Origin: a virus
Taxonomy: Duplodnaviria > Caudoviricetes
Virus record (IMG/VR): IMGVR_UViG_3300034357_000413
Span: 1-49,456 of that record
Reading direction: 5' to 3' (one strand)
DNA: 49,456 nucleotides
Part shown: in pieces, positions 16,310 through 25,195 of the stretch
How the letters are laid out: each line of letters begins with the position of its first letter
How positions within the stretch are numbered: the first letter of the stretch is position 1
Program-made: the position numbers and the translations under genes
Notes under the pieces: generated by a model
Database searches by the model: none
What the model was told of the DNA's origin: nothing
Seen by the model: the letters and a program-made list of their open reading frames with translations, nothing else

Positions 16310-19128
16310 CCATGTCCCCCCGCCTTCTGCGACCGCGAGACACGGCGTTCACCCCGCGTTCTATCAGCGGCCTAGCCCTGTGGCTTGACGCCTCGTCTTC
16401 CGACTCGCTGTACACCACCGACGCGGGTCCGGTGGTGGCGGTGGCGAGCCCGCTGGATATCGCAACGCCTGCTTTGTGGTTGGACGGGGCGGACTCATCC
16501 GCTGCGAGCATGACGCTGAACGGCTCGCTTGTTGAGACTTGGAAGGACAAGAGCAACAGCGGGAACGACGTGACGGCGAGCGGTGGGCTACGGCCAACGC
16601 TGACAAGCAACGCTTTGAATAGCCGGAGCGTATTGACGTTTGGCGGGTCGCAGGGGCTAACCGGAAATCTGGCGGCCAGCATCACCACAAACGCATACAG
16701 CGTGTTTGTGGTGTGCAAGATTACTGGAGTCATCACAAACGGACGCCTACTTAGCACGGCTGGCGCAGGCAACGATTTCGCGTCTGGTAGCGTCATCCCG
16801 TGCGTATCCAACGGCGGAACCCTGTCCGCGTTTGCTGGCACTCAGGGCACAAACGCAAGTGGCGTCACCGGCTTCGCGTCCTACGGCGTGTTCGCAGGGG
16901 TGCTGTCATCGAATCTCGTTACGAACTCGGCTGGCGGGATGTCGGTCGCATCGGCAGCCGCAACGCTTTCTACGGCAGTCACTCGTCTTGGCGTTGGAGT
17001 CGCGGCACAGGGTGGTGCGGGATTCAACACTTGCGACATAGCCGAGATCATTCTTTACCCCACCGCCCTCACCACCGCCCAGCGAGCATCGGTCGAATCT
17101 TACTTAGCCACCAAGTGGGGCATCAGCGGCGTCCACGCTCCCGCCACCGCGAGCAGCGATCCGGTGGGGTACTGGGCCGACAAGAGCGGCAACGGCAGGC
17201 ACGCGGTGATGTCGGTCAGCGGGAACCGCCCGACCGTTGGGGCTTCTTCGGCGGCTGGCAAGAACGCGGTGCGAAACAACGGCACTGGCTCTGTCGCCCT
17301 CCAAGTCGCAGCATGGCCGTACACGGCAGGCAATACGCAGTTCGCCGTGTTCAATGCGTCCGCGATCAATCAAGGGATCGCCCAGCGTGGCTCGCTAAAC
17401 GACGAGCCTCGCATGGCGATTCAGACTGGAGCCAACGGGGTTGCTGCGGTTCGCGCGACCAGGGGCGGTAGCGTGTTGGCGCAAACTGAATCTGAGGCTG
17501 GCTACGCTCTTTCCCAGTGGGCCATTGGCGCAACGCTGTTCAACACATCTCTGGGGCGAGCCTACCGGGACGGCGTGTACGGGGCAGACACAACCGACTC
17601 GCAGACGTTTTCTGGCGATCAGGAACTGCGGCTTCTCTCGCTGCCGTCAAACCTCTACGGCATCAACGGCGGCATCGCAGAGTTCCTCTACTATGACCGG
17701 CAGTTGAACGCCGTCGAAGTTGACCGCGTGGCTCGCTATCTTTCTCGTCGCTGGGGCATCACCCTCGCCCCGCAAGTCAGCAACGCCGACGCACAAGATT
17801 GGATCAATCGCGTCTACCAAAACGGCGGCACGGTGAGTGCCGCGACGGCGGCCAGCGTGAATACCCTGTGCGACTCACTGGAGTCGGCATCGCTGCGGGA
17901 TCGGTTCTACCGTTTGAACATTTTTGCGGGCGGAAATCTCAATGCCGCACTGGTTCCGCTGTTCCGTACATGGCGCGTCTACAGCGGAAGGAATCTGCTC
18001 TCGGTAGGCGACAATCTCTCAGCATCAGCATGGACGAAGTCTGGCACAACGGTCACGCAGTCATCGTCTGAGAGGCCGTTCGCCTACGGACCCTATGCAA
18101 ACGCAGTGACGGCCACTGCCGGGTCGGGAGTGACTCCGTATGTAGTCGCCGCTGGTGTAGTCGGATTCGGCACAGTCACATACTCTGCGTACTTGAAGGC
18201 GAATGGTCAAAACACTGTTCGCATACTGCCAATCGGAACGTCTGGGCAGACATTCCCAGGAGGCGGGACTGTCGCATACGCGAACATTGATCTGTCTACT
18301 GGTGCTATCTCCAACGTACTGGCAGGGACAACAGCCACTGCCACTAATGTCGGAAACGGCTGGTGGCGACTCGCCTACACGGTCACCAACAACGGCAGCG
18401 GCCAAACTTCCTTGAGATTCGATATTGGCAATGGCAATCCCTACACCGCTGCCGGAACGGAGTCAGTGTTGTTCTGGGGATTGCAGAATGAACTCGGATC
18501 GACCGCGACAGAGTTTGACCCGTACCCGCTGGGCAATGCGACCGACACCAACAACGCCTTCTCCGGCGTCGGGGTGGACTACGCGGAGACGGGGGCGACG
18601 GGTGGGCTCAAGGGCAACGGAAGTACGAAGTATTTGGACACCGGATTGGCAGGCACCACGTTCTCGGCGGGCGACCGGCATTGCTCGGCATACTGGAACG
18701 CCAACCCAACGTCTGCTGGTAGCGTTGCTTTCATCGGCAACACGGACACTACATCTAATAGCGCATGGTTTGACATCAGTAGCAGAGGCTCAAACCCTGG
18801 CAGCCAATCGCAGATAACAAACGCCTACGGACTTACTCACACATCAGCCAACCACCACCAACTCGCGCAGTTCAACGGAGCCAACTCCGCTGTCTCCTAT
18901 AGCAATGGCGGCGACAAGCAGACACGCACTGCATTCCCCATTGGCTCACCAACGGCAGCCGCCAGCAACTGGTTTGTGTTCGGCATCAACCCGTCGCTAT
19001 TCGGCGGCATTAGGTCTGATGCCCGAATCTGCACCTACTCCATTGGACTTTCGATGAGTGACGCCAACGCCCTGGCCTTCTACAACGCTGTTCACGCATT
19101 CCAAACCGCGCTCGGGAGGCAGGCATGA
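16306..19128 (+). CDS. Multi-domain fibre/adhesin with LamG/concanavalin-like modules
   Basis: Two LWLDA/G...WxDKS...IAExxxY...YLxxxWGI modules plus an RNLL...WGLQNELGSTAT module; start at 16306 or 16312. Confidence 0.75.
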   Translation: MTMSPRLLRPRDTAFTPRSISGLALWLDASSSDSLYTTDAGPVVAVASPLDIATPALWLDGADSSAASMTLNGSLVETWKDKSNSGNDVTASGGLRPTLTSNALNSRSVLTFGGSQGLTGNLAASITTNAYSVFVVCKITGVITNGRLLSTAGAGNDFASGSVIPCVSNGGTLSAFAGTQGTNASGVTGFASYGVFAGVLSSNLVTNSAGGMSVASAAATLSTAVTRLGVGVAAQGGAGFNTCDIAEIILYPTALTTAQRASVESYLATKWGISGVHAPATASSDPVGYWADKSGNGRHAVMSVSGNRPTVGASSAAGKNAVRNNGTGSVALQVAAWPYTAGNTQFAVFNASAINQGIAQRGSLNDEPRMAIQTGANGVAAVRATRGGSVLAQTESEAGYALSQWAIGATLFNTSLGRAYRDGVYGADTTDSQTFSGDQELRLLSLPSNLYGINGGIAEFLYYDRQLNAVEVDRVARYLSRRWGITLAPQVSNADAQDWINRVYQNGGTVSAATAASVNTLCDSLESASLRDRFYRLNIFAGGNLNAALVPLFRTWRVYSGRNLLSVGDNLSASAWTKSGTTVTQSSSERPFAYGPYANAVTATAGSGVTPYVVAAGVVGFGTVTYSAYLKANGQNTVRILPIGTSGQTFPGGGTVAYANIDLSTGAISNVLAGTTATATNVGNGWWRLAYTVTNNGSGQTSLRFDIGNGNPYTAAGTESVLFWGLQNELGSTATEFDPYPLGNATDTNNAFSGVGVDYAETGATGGLKGNGSTKYLDTGLAGTTFSAGDRHCSAYWNANPTSAGSVAFIGNTDTTSNSAWFDISSRGSNPGSQSQITNAYGLTHTSANHHQLAQFNGANSAVSYSNGGDKQTRTAFPIGSPTAAASNWFVFGINPSLFGGIRSDARICTYSIGLSMSDANALAFYNAVHAFQTALGRQA

Positions 19129-19505
19129 CCCTCGCAGAGTTCCTCGCTACGCCGCTTCCCGACACGGCCACGCTCCAGACGTTGGCGATTGTGTTCGATA
19201 CCGCCCTCGCCCAGAAGATGCTCAACTTCCACGCATGGTACGGCGACCCTCGCTGCACCGTGTACCCGGCTCCGCTCGCGGATGGCCGCTGGTGCCACGT
19301 TGCCGACATCCTGCCGCAGTGCCTCGCGGAAGGCGGCATCTACGCGGCCGGGTTCGCACGGCTGGATGCTGCAAACTTCGCCAGCGTGGAGGTGTTGCCG
19401 CTGGCCGACCTTGTGTTTGCCACCGAAGCGATGCCGCAACTGGTGCCAGAAGAGCGGCCAGAGCCAGAGCCAGAGCCAGAGGAGTCTCCTAGCCCTGTGA
19501 GCTAG
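19125..19505 (+). CDS. Fibre-associated protein / chaperone candidate
   Basis: ATGA-coupled to the fibre gene; acidic EPEPEPEE tail. Confidence 0.55.
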   Translation: MTLAEFLATPLPDTATLQTLAIVFDTALAQKMLNFHAWYGDPRCTVYPAPLADGRWCHVADILPQCLAEGGIYAAGFARLDAANFASVEVLPLADLVFATEAMPQLVPEERPEPEPEPEESPSPVS

Positions 19506-19594
19506 TGGACTGCCCCGCTACGGAACCTCTGCCGAAAGATTTTTGGGCATAGGTTTCCGCGTGACTCACTGGCGTCTACCGATAGAATCTTGGC

Positions 19595-20005
19595 ATGACC
19601 CTCCCCGAGCAATCCGACCGAGCGGTGGCCCAGACGCGGGAGTTCCTCGTGCGGTTGGCATCGCCGTATGGCGATGACGGGATCAAGGGGATCAGGCGCG
19701 AGGTGAGGGCCGAGGCATCGCGGTTGCTGCGGCACTATCCGTTGTCGTGGAACGGCGATTGTCCGGAGCTGGACAATGGCACAAACGAGGACACAGTAGG
19801 CCGCACACTGGCACGCAGGATCACCGGGCTACAGTCAACGCTGGAGCACCGAGAGGAAGTGCGGCGATTAGAGGCGGTAATCGCCGCAAGCCAGCCAACG
19901 CTGACCGACGCGGAACGGGAGGCGGTTGAGGCAGGATTGGGAGAGGTTGAGGGCGTCTACCCAGAGACAGCAGCCACGTTGCGGGGGCTGCTGGAGCGAC
20001 TTTGA
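19595..20005 (+). CDS. Hypothetical protein (N-terminus BPSL0761-like)
   Basis: MTLPEQSDRAVAQTREFL...RLLRHYP pattern recalled from that family; TAGAAT 6 nt upstream of the ATG. Confidence 0.55.
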   Translation: MTLPEQSDRAVAQTREFLVRLASPYGDDGIKGIRREVRAEASRLLRHYPLSWNGDCPELDNGTNEDTVGRTLARRITGLQSTLEHREEVRRLEAVIAASQPTLTDAEREAVEAGLGEVEGVYPETAATLRGLLERL

Positions 20006-20040
20006 TTTCGTTGCGACCGATATAACTGAGGTGTATCCGC

Positions 20041-20289
20041 ATGACGACCGATAAAGCCGACGCAATAATCATCGAATGCGATATTGTTCGCAAACGAGAC
20101 CCTGACATCCTGGCCGACTACCGCCAGTGGCGATCCATGCAGGAGGATCGTGTCGGCACGCACTCGCCAGACTGCCACCTGTGGCCCCGCCATGAGCGGT
20201 GCATGATCCACCGGCTGGCGGCCGAGGTCGCGCGGCTGCGTCAAGTTTTGGTGCAGGAAAGCATCGGCACAGAAACTGACGGGAAGTGA
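20041..20289 (+). CDS. Hypothetical protein
   Basis: GAGGT SD; HSPDCHLW..H..C motif. Confidence 0.55.
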   Translation: MTTDKADAIIIECDIVRKRDPDILADYRQWRSMQEDRVGTHSPDCHLWPRHERCMIHRLAAEVARLRQVLVQESIGTETDGK

Positions 20290-20304
20290 CAGTTGGTGCG
20301 CAGC

Positions 20305-21195
20305 CTACGAAACCTTCGGAAGCATGGCCGATGCGTTCGTGGCGTCCCCTACGATCCTTGGATCGAGGTAGTGCCGCCGCTTTAAAGCCGGATTTGAGTG
20401 ATCAAGCAACTCCTGGGCATCGCCGCCCGCAGCTTCAAAGTAGGACGCCGACGTTCGACGAATCCTATGAAACTTGCTTCTGCGGTCCTTCGGGAGGTTG
20501 GCTCGATCCAGGATTCGATCCAGGTGGTAGTAGATCGTGCTGACGCTCTTCGTCCACGGGAAGACTAGGTCGCGTCGAGGCAGGGCTATCTGGTCGATCG
20601 CCAGGGCCGTGTCGGCGGTGATCGACCTCGTCAGATCGCGTCTGCCGCCCTTCCGGCCCTCTGCCCGCATGATGACCAGGGTGCCGTGGACGTCCGCGTA
20701 GCGAAGGCTCAGGCACGCCGAGATGCGTTCGGCCGAGTCATACATGGTCAGGAGGAGCGCCCGCCAGAACCCTGCCGCCGGCACACCCTCGATTTCGCCG
20801 ACCTCGTGGGCCGCGCTCTGGACGAGCCGCCGCATCTCGTCTGACAGCCACGCCTCCGGCGTCCGCTGCGGCACGACGATCCGTCGAAGGCCGGCCGACG
20901 GGCCACGCGAGACGCCCTCGATGGCTTGATCCCAGGCCAGAGCCCAGATTGCCCGGAGTTGGGCGCGATCTTTGGCTGCCGTGGCCGGCTCCCGGTGCCG
21001 GAGTCTCCACGCCAGATACCTGGAGATCGACAACTGGTCGAGATCGAGGACCGTCGGCTCCCGGTAGCCGCTGCCATCGACCTCCCCCAGGTATTCCCCG
21101 AGAGCCTTGATCGTGAACTCGTAGAGTCTCTGCGTGCGGGTGCTGATGCCCTTCAGAGGAGCGTAAAAGTCGTGGAGGAAGTGGCGTAGAGTCAT
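20305..21195 (-). CDS. int: Tyrosine recombinase / integrase
   Basis: Catalytic set R (AERIS), K (GRKGG), HxxR (FHRIRR), H (LDHS), Y (RHYL); start probably MTLRHFL at 21195. Confidence 0.9.
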   Translation of the reverse strand: MTLRHFLHDFYAPLKGISTRTQRLYEFTIKALGEYLGEVDGSGYREPTVLDLDQLSISRYLAWRLRHREPATAAKDRAQLRAIWALAWDQAIEGVSRGPSAGLRRIVVPQRTPEAWLSDEMRRLVQSAAHEVGEIEGVPAAGFWRALLLTMYDSAERISACLSLRYADVHGTLVIMRAEGRKGGRRDLTRSITADTALAIDQIALPRRDLVFPWTKSVSTIYYHLDRILDRANLPKDRRSKFHRIRRTSASYFEAAGGDAQELLDHSNPALKRRHYLDPRIVGDATNASAMLPKVS

Positions 21196-21340
21196 CGGTG
21201 AGGTGTACCCCACCGAGAGTGCCATCTTCGCGGGGGTATTTAAACCCCCCCGACCATCTCCGGTGTGATTGCGAAAACTCGCCTGATCCGTATGCTCGGC
21301 CATGTGAACCTGTGGTTCATTTAATTCTGTCGCGCCGGCC

Positions 21341-21568
21341 CTAATCCAGGAGCCATTCGTCTACCTCCTCCAGCAAAACTCCTGTAGCCCGCTCCATAGT
21401 TGAAATAAATGATGCAAGCGCCCGGTCTTGGGCCTCGTCGTGTCGGTGAATCCTGCCGGCAGACAGCATTGCGGCCGTGTTAATCGCAGCGAAGACGCTG
21501 CGAACCTGCCTTCGGGTGATGGAAACTTGAATGCCTGTTTTTGCGCTGCCAGACTTAGTGGTGGTCAT
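21341..21568 (-). CDS. Hypothetical protein upstream of the integrase
   Basis: GGAG SD before ATG 21568 (MTTTKSG...); 75 aa. Confidence 0.5.
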   Translation of the reverse strand: MTTTKSGSAKTGIQVSITRRQVRSVFAAINTAAMLSAGRIHRHDEAQDRALASFISTMERATGVLLEEVDEWLLD

Positions 21569-21618
21569 GCCTACTCCATTAGGTGCGGGTTTTCCGATCC
21601 ATCGGACGCCCGACATTA

Positions 21619-21635
21619 GAATCCCCTATCCTCCA
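21619..21635 (+). other. Candidate attP core resembling the 3' end of tRNA-Ala or tmRNA
   Basis: GAAT-CCCCT-ATCCTCC-A reads as T-loop end, T-stem 3' strand, acceptor 3' strand with U70, and discriminator A; intergenic, about 420 bp from int. Confidence 0.6.
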
Positions 21636-21737
21636 CTCAGTCAAGAGAAGGTCAGCGACCGCGGCGAAATCAACAAAACCCCCGCAGGACACCTAGACTG
21701 CGTGTATTATCCAGAGCCCCAAACCTCTGGAGGAGCT

Positions 21738-22286
21738 ATGGCAAAGTTGAAGGATCAGGCAATCGGTTCGTGGGAGGCCGCTGCCGTGGCCGGCGTCCAC
21801 TGGACGCAGCCGGCCGTCATGGCGAAGAAAGGGCTGATCACCTCCCGGCAGATCAAGAGCCCCACGGCGACCGGCACCGACCGGGTCTTCTCCCTCTACT
21901 CCCTGGCTCAGATCGACGCCGACTATCACGACTACGAGGACGTCCAGGCGACCCGCACCCGCCGGCGCCCCCGCGGCTATCTGCACCTCCGGCCGGCGGC
22001 GGTCAAGAAGCTCTCGGCGCTCCCCGTGAAGATCGCTTTCGACGACGCCGTCGGGGCCGGCGAGGCCGCGACCATCATGGGCTGTCACTGGACGTGGCCG
22101 CCCCGGCTCGCCAGGGCCGGGAAGATCGAGGGCCGCGTTGTCCACAACGGCCGAGCCGGCACAGCGTCTGACCGACTCTGGATTTTCTCGCGATTGAGTT
22201 GCGAACGTAACGCCAGTGAGGCGAAGAAGTTAGTTCGATCAGGCACGAAGGTCGGACGCCCGCGCCGGTCGCTCCAGAAAAAATAA
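21738..22286 (+). CDS. Tandem helix-turn-helix DNA-binding protein
   Basis: Internal duplication EAAAVAGVHWT...RVFSLYS / EAATIMGCHWT...RLWIFS; GGAGGAG SD before ATG 21738; divergent from int. Confidence 0.65.
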   Translation: MAKLKDQAIGSWEAAAVAGVHWTQPAVMAKKGLITSRQIKSPTATGTDRVFSLYSLAQIDADYHDYEDVQATRTRRRPRGYLHLRPAAVKKLSALPVKIAFDDAVGAGEAATIMGCHWTWPPRLARAGKIEGRVVHNGRAGTASDRLWIFSRLSCERNASEAKKLVRSGTKVGRPRRSLQKK

Positions 22287-22288
22287 GG

Positions 22289-22317
22289 TTGCTCTGTAGG
22301 CTTCCTGCCGATACATT
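22289..22317 (+). promoter_or_regulatory. Sigma70-type promoter for the replication operon
   Basis: TTGCTC-N17-TACATT in the intergenic gap. Confidence 0.5.
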
Positions 22318-22343
22318 CTCCGCACCTACGGAGAGGTACAGGC

Positions 22344-23717
22344 ATGGACGGCCGACTGTGGCAGCATCAGGATGAGGCGATCGCGTGGGCCGGAGGCCGG
22401 CGCGACGTCATTCTCCATGTGGGGATGGGGGCAGGGAAGTCCCGCATCGCCATCGAGGTCATCCGGCTGGAGCTTCAAGCCGGTCGAGCCCGCCGCACGA
22501 TGATCGGATGCCCCAAGGCCGTCATCGCCGCCTGGGTGAAGCAGTTCAGTATGTGGATGCCAGAGGCCCGCCTGGTTGTCCTTGACCGCGGAACCTCGGC
22601 GAAGAAGGGCGAACAGATCTCCGCCGCGATGGCCGACACCTCGCCGGTCGCAGTGATCGCCAACTACGAGTCGTGGTGGCGGATCAAGGCCGCGGAAAAG
22701 GTCGCCTGGGACTGCTTCGTATTCGACGAGTGCCACCGGCTGAAGAGCCCGTCGGGCGCACAGAGCAAGTGGGCGGCAAGGCAAACCAAACGCTGCCCGA
22801 CGGCGAAGCGAATCGCCCTCTCCGGGACGCTCCTGGCCCAGACGATCCTGGACGCCTTCGGAATCTACCGAGCCGTCGAATCGCCGGAATGCCCGACCTT
22901 TGGCACGACGTACACGCTCTTCAAAGCGACCTACGCGATCACGAATCCAAATCTCCCAGGCATGGTGATCGGCTACCGGAATCAGAAGCAGTTCGGAGAG
23001 AAGATCGCCGCGACGACCTTTCATCGTCGAAGCGAGGACGTCCTTGACCTTCCGCCGATCCTGCACACTGAAGTACCCGTGGAGCTGACCAGCAAAGAAG
23101 CCCATGTCTACCGGCAACTGGAGAAGGACTTCTGCGCTGAAGTCGAGGCCGGCAAGTTCGTCACGCCAGCCAATGCGATGGTGAGCCTGCTCCGAATGCT
23201 CCAGGCGTGTCAGGGCTACGTTCGCATTGACGGCGATGCGAAGGCTCATCGAATCGACGAGCATCCCAGCAAGCAGGCTGCGTTCGCCGAAATGATCGAA
23301 GACATCGAAGAGCCGCTGGTGACGTTCGCACGGTTTCGCTCCGATATCGACTGCGTGCTGGAAGCCTGCCACAAGCATGGCCGCACCGTCAGCGAGCTGT
23401 CGGGTAAAATCAACTCCCTCGCAGAATGGCAGGAAGGAAAGACGCAAGTGCTCGTGGCTCAGATTCAGTCGGGTGGGATCGGGATCGACCTGACCAGAGC
23501 CAGCCTGGGGTGCTTCTTCTCTATGAGTCACTCGCTCTCCGAGTGGCTTCAAGCCATTGCCCGCCTCCACCGGCCGGGCCAAACCAAGAACACGCGGTTT
23601 TTTAGTTTCGTCAGCACCCTACAGGGGAAGAAAACGGCCGACGGCCGCGTGTATGAAGCCCTGTCTCAAAGAAAAGAGGTCATCGATGTCATTCTCGCAG
23701 GCTACAAGCGAAGTTAA
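22344..23717 (+). CDS. SNF2-family (SF2) helicase
   Basis: GMGAGKS, DECH, LSGT, GIGIDL, QAIARLHRPGQ motifs. Confidence 0.92.
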   Translation: MDGRLWQHQDEAIAWAGGRRDVILHVGMGAGKSRIAIEVIRLELQAGRARRTMIGCPKAVIAAWVKQFSMWMPEARLVVLDRGTSAKKGEQISAAMADTSPVAVIANYESWWRIKAAEKVAWDCFVFDECHRLKSPSGAQSKWAARQTKRCPTAKRIALSGTLLAQTILDAFGIYRAVESPECPTFGTTYTLFKATYAITNPNLPGMVIGYRNQKQFGEKIAATTFHRRSEDVLDLPPILHTEVPVELTSKEAHVYRQLEKDFCAEVEAGKFVTPANAMVSLLRMLQACQGYVRIDGDAKAHRIDEHPSKQAAFAEMIEDIEEPLVTFARFRSDIDCVLEACHKHGRTVSELSGKINSLAEWQEGKTQVLVAQIQSGGIGIDLTRASLGCFFSMSHSLSEWLQAIARLHRPGQTKNTRFFSFVSTLQGKKTADGRVYEALSQRKEVIDVILAGYKRS

Positions 23718-24135
23718 CGCACTCTCGTCTGCTCTGGAGCAGATCGCGGCAATCGACCGAGAGATCGATGCCGCTGAACTCAAGGTCAAAGAACTGGAGA
23801 AGCGGCGCGAGGCTCTCGCCAGTGTCGCGGTCGAGGAAATGACCAGCGGTCGTCTGGACGGCGTCCGCGTTGCCGGCCGCTCGTGGCGGGTCGAGTGGGA
23901 ACACCGCGTCAGTGCTACCGGCGAGCATCAGGACGCCATCCTGGCCGCGGCAAGGGAGGCGGGGCTCGACAAGCAGCTCATCACGGTGAACACCACCAGG
24001 CTCAAGAGCCTCCTGAAGGAGATGGCAAAGGAAGCCGGCCGCGACCCCCGGCAGCCGTGGGCGGACGGCACTCCGTTCGCCGGCGTGGTCAGTGAGTTCG
24101 TTCAGCCGGTGCTCAGGCACGTCACTGTGGGCTGA
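23686..24135 (+). CDS. Coiled-coil phage replication/recombination accessory protein
   Basis: N-terminal coiled coil then VNTTRLKSLLKE; lies between the helicase and the SSB-like gene. Confidence 0.6.
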   Translation: MSFSQATSEVNALSSALEQIAAIDREIDAAELKVKELEKRREALASVAVEEMTSGRLDGVRVAGRSWRVEWEHRVSATGEHQDAILAAAREAGLDKQLITVNTTRLKSLLKEMAKEAGRDPRQPWADGTPFAGVVSEFVQPVLRHVTVG

Positions 24136-24217
24136 AAACCCTACAGAGCAAGCGTTGCCGGCGGGCGTGTGTCCCGTCGGCTGGTTGGTGGTTCAGAAGG
24201 CGCTCTAGGAGAAAACC

Positions 24218-25003
24218 ATGAGCACGACGATTTCGACGAATGTGACGACGATCGACTATCCGGCCCTCGCGCCGGATAGCCGCCAGGCCCGCATCATCGC
24301 GGCGAACCTGGAAGGTGAGCCGATGTCCGAGATGGACTTGATCAAGGTGCCGACGCCAGCCGGCGGCGGCACGACGTGGAACATCGACGCCAACGGAAAC
24401 ATCGAGAGCACCGAGGAGGTCAGCGGCCTCCTGGTGGCGATCGGGAAGCGGGGAGTTCTGTGGCCGAAAGACGATCCATCGGACATGCGTCCGGTGATCG
24501 TGTCCAACGACCTCCTGGTCGGCTACCGCACCAGCGACGACGTGTCGCTGGGAGACATCGACCCGAAGGCGCTGGAACGCTACCGGATCGGCGATCGCCG
24601 CTATGACTGGGCGGCGCTCTCCACCGGACCCGAGTTCGGCTACGGGGCCGGCAAGGGCGGCGGCAAGAAGGTTAAGGAGGCTCGCATCCTGGCGATCCTC
24701 CGGCAGGGCGAGACGTGGCCGGTGCTGGTGACGGTCGGCCCCGGTTCCCTCAGGAACTGGCTGCCGTTCCAAAAGCGGCTGCCGGCGTTCCCGTGGGAGT
24801 GCGTGATCGGCCTCAAGTTGCAGAAGGTCAAGAGCAGCGGCGGTCAGCCCTACTCGCAGATCGTTCCGCGGCTGGTCGGCGTGATCACTGAGGAGCAGGG
24901 CGACATGGCGAAGCGTGTCTATCACGACTCGCTGACCGCCATGTTCAACGCGCCGCCGGCCGGTGCGGCCCAGGCGTTCTCGGTCGCCAGCGACGACGAG
25001 TGA
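24218..25003 (+). CDS. Putative single-stranded DNA-binding / annealing protein
   Basis: LIKVPTPAGGGTTW segment, acidic DDE C-terminus, replication context; AGGAG SD. Confidence 0.55.
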   Translation: MSTTISTNVTTIDYPALAPDSRQARIIAANLEGEPMSEMDLIKVPTPAGGGTTWNIDANGNIESTEEVSGLLVAIGKRGVLWPKDDPSDMRPVIVSNDLLVGYRTSDDVSLGDIDPKALERYRIGDRRYDWAALSTGPEFGYGAGKGGGKKVKEARILAILRQGETWPVLVTVGPGSLRNWLPFQKRLPAFPWECVIGLKLQKVKSSGGQPYSQIVPRLVGVITEEQGDMAKRVYHDSLTAMFNAPPAGAAQAFSVASDDE

Positions 25004-25135
25004 TCAATCGGCTGGGCCGGCGGCCAGAACCCCGCGCTAGGGGCCGGACGCCTAGCCGGTGAGTGGCGAGTAACCCCGGAAGTCGGATGAGGCCGCTGCG
25101 GTCACCTTTCCCGCATGTCCATCCGGCGAAGTTCT

Positions 25136-25176
25136 CCTCCCGGCCTTCGAGAAATTGGGGGCCGGGAGGGGTTTTT
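25136..25176 (+). terminator. Intrinsic terminator
   Basis: CCTCCCGGCC...GGCCGGGAGG stem followed by GGTTTTT. Confidence 0.65.
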
Positions 25177-25195
25177 GGAACAAGGAGATGGATCA

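Noticed and set aside
21590-21640. Complete tRNA gene
   Set aside because: Only the 3' 17-20 nt are tRNA-like; no D arm or anticodon arm
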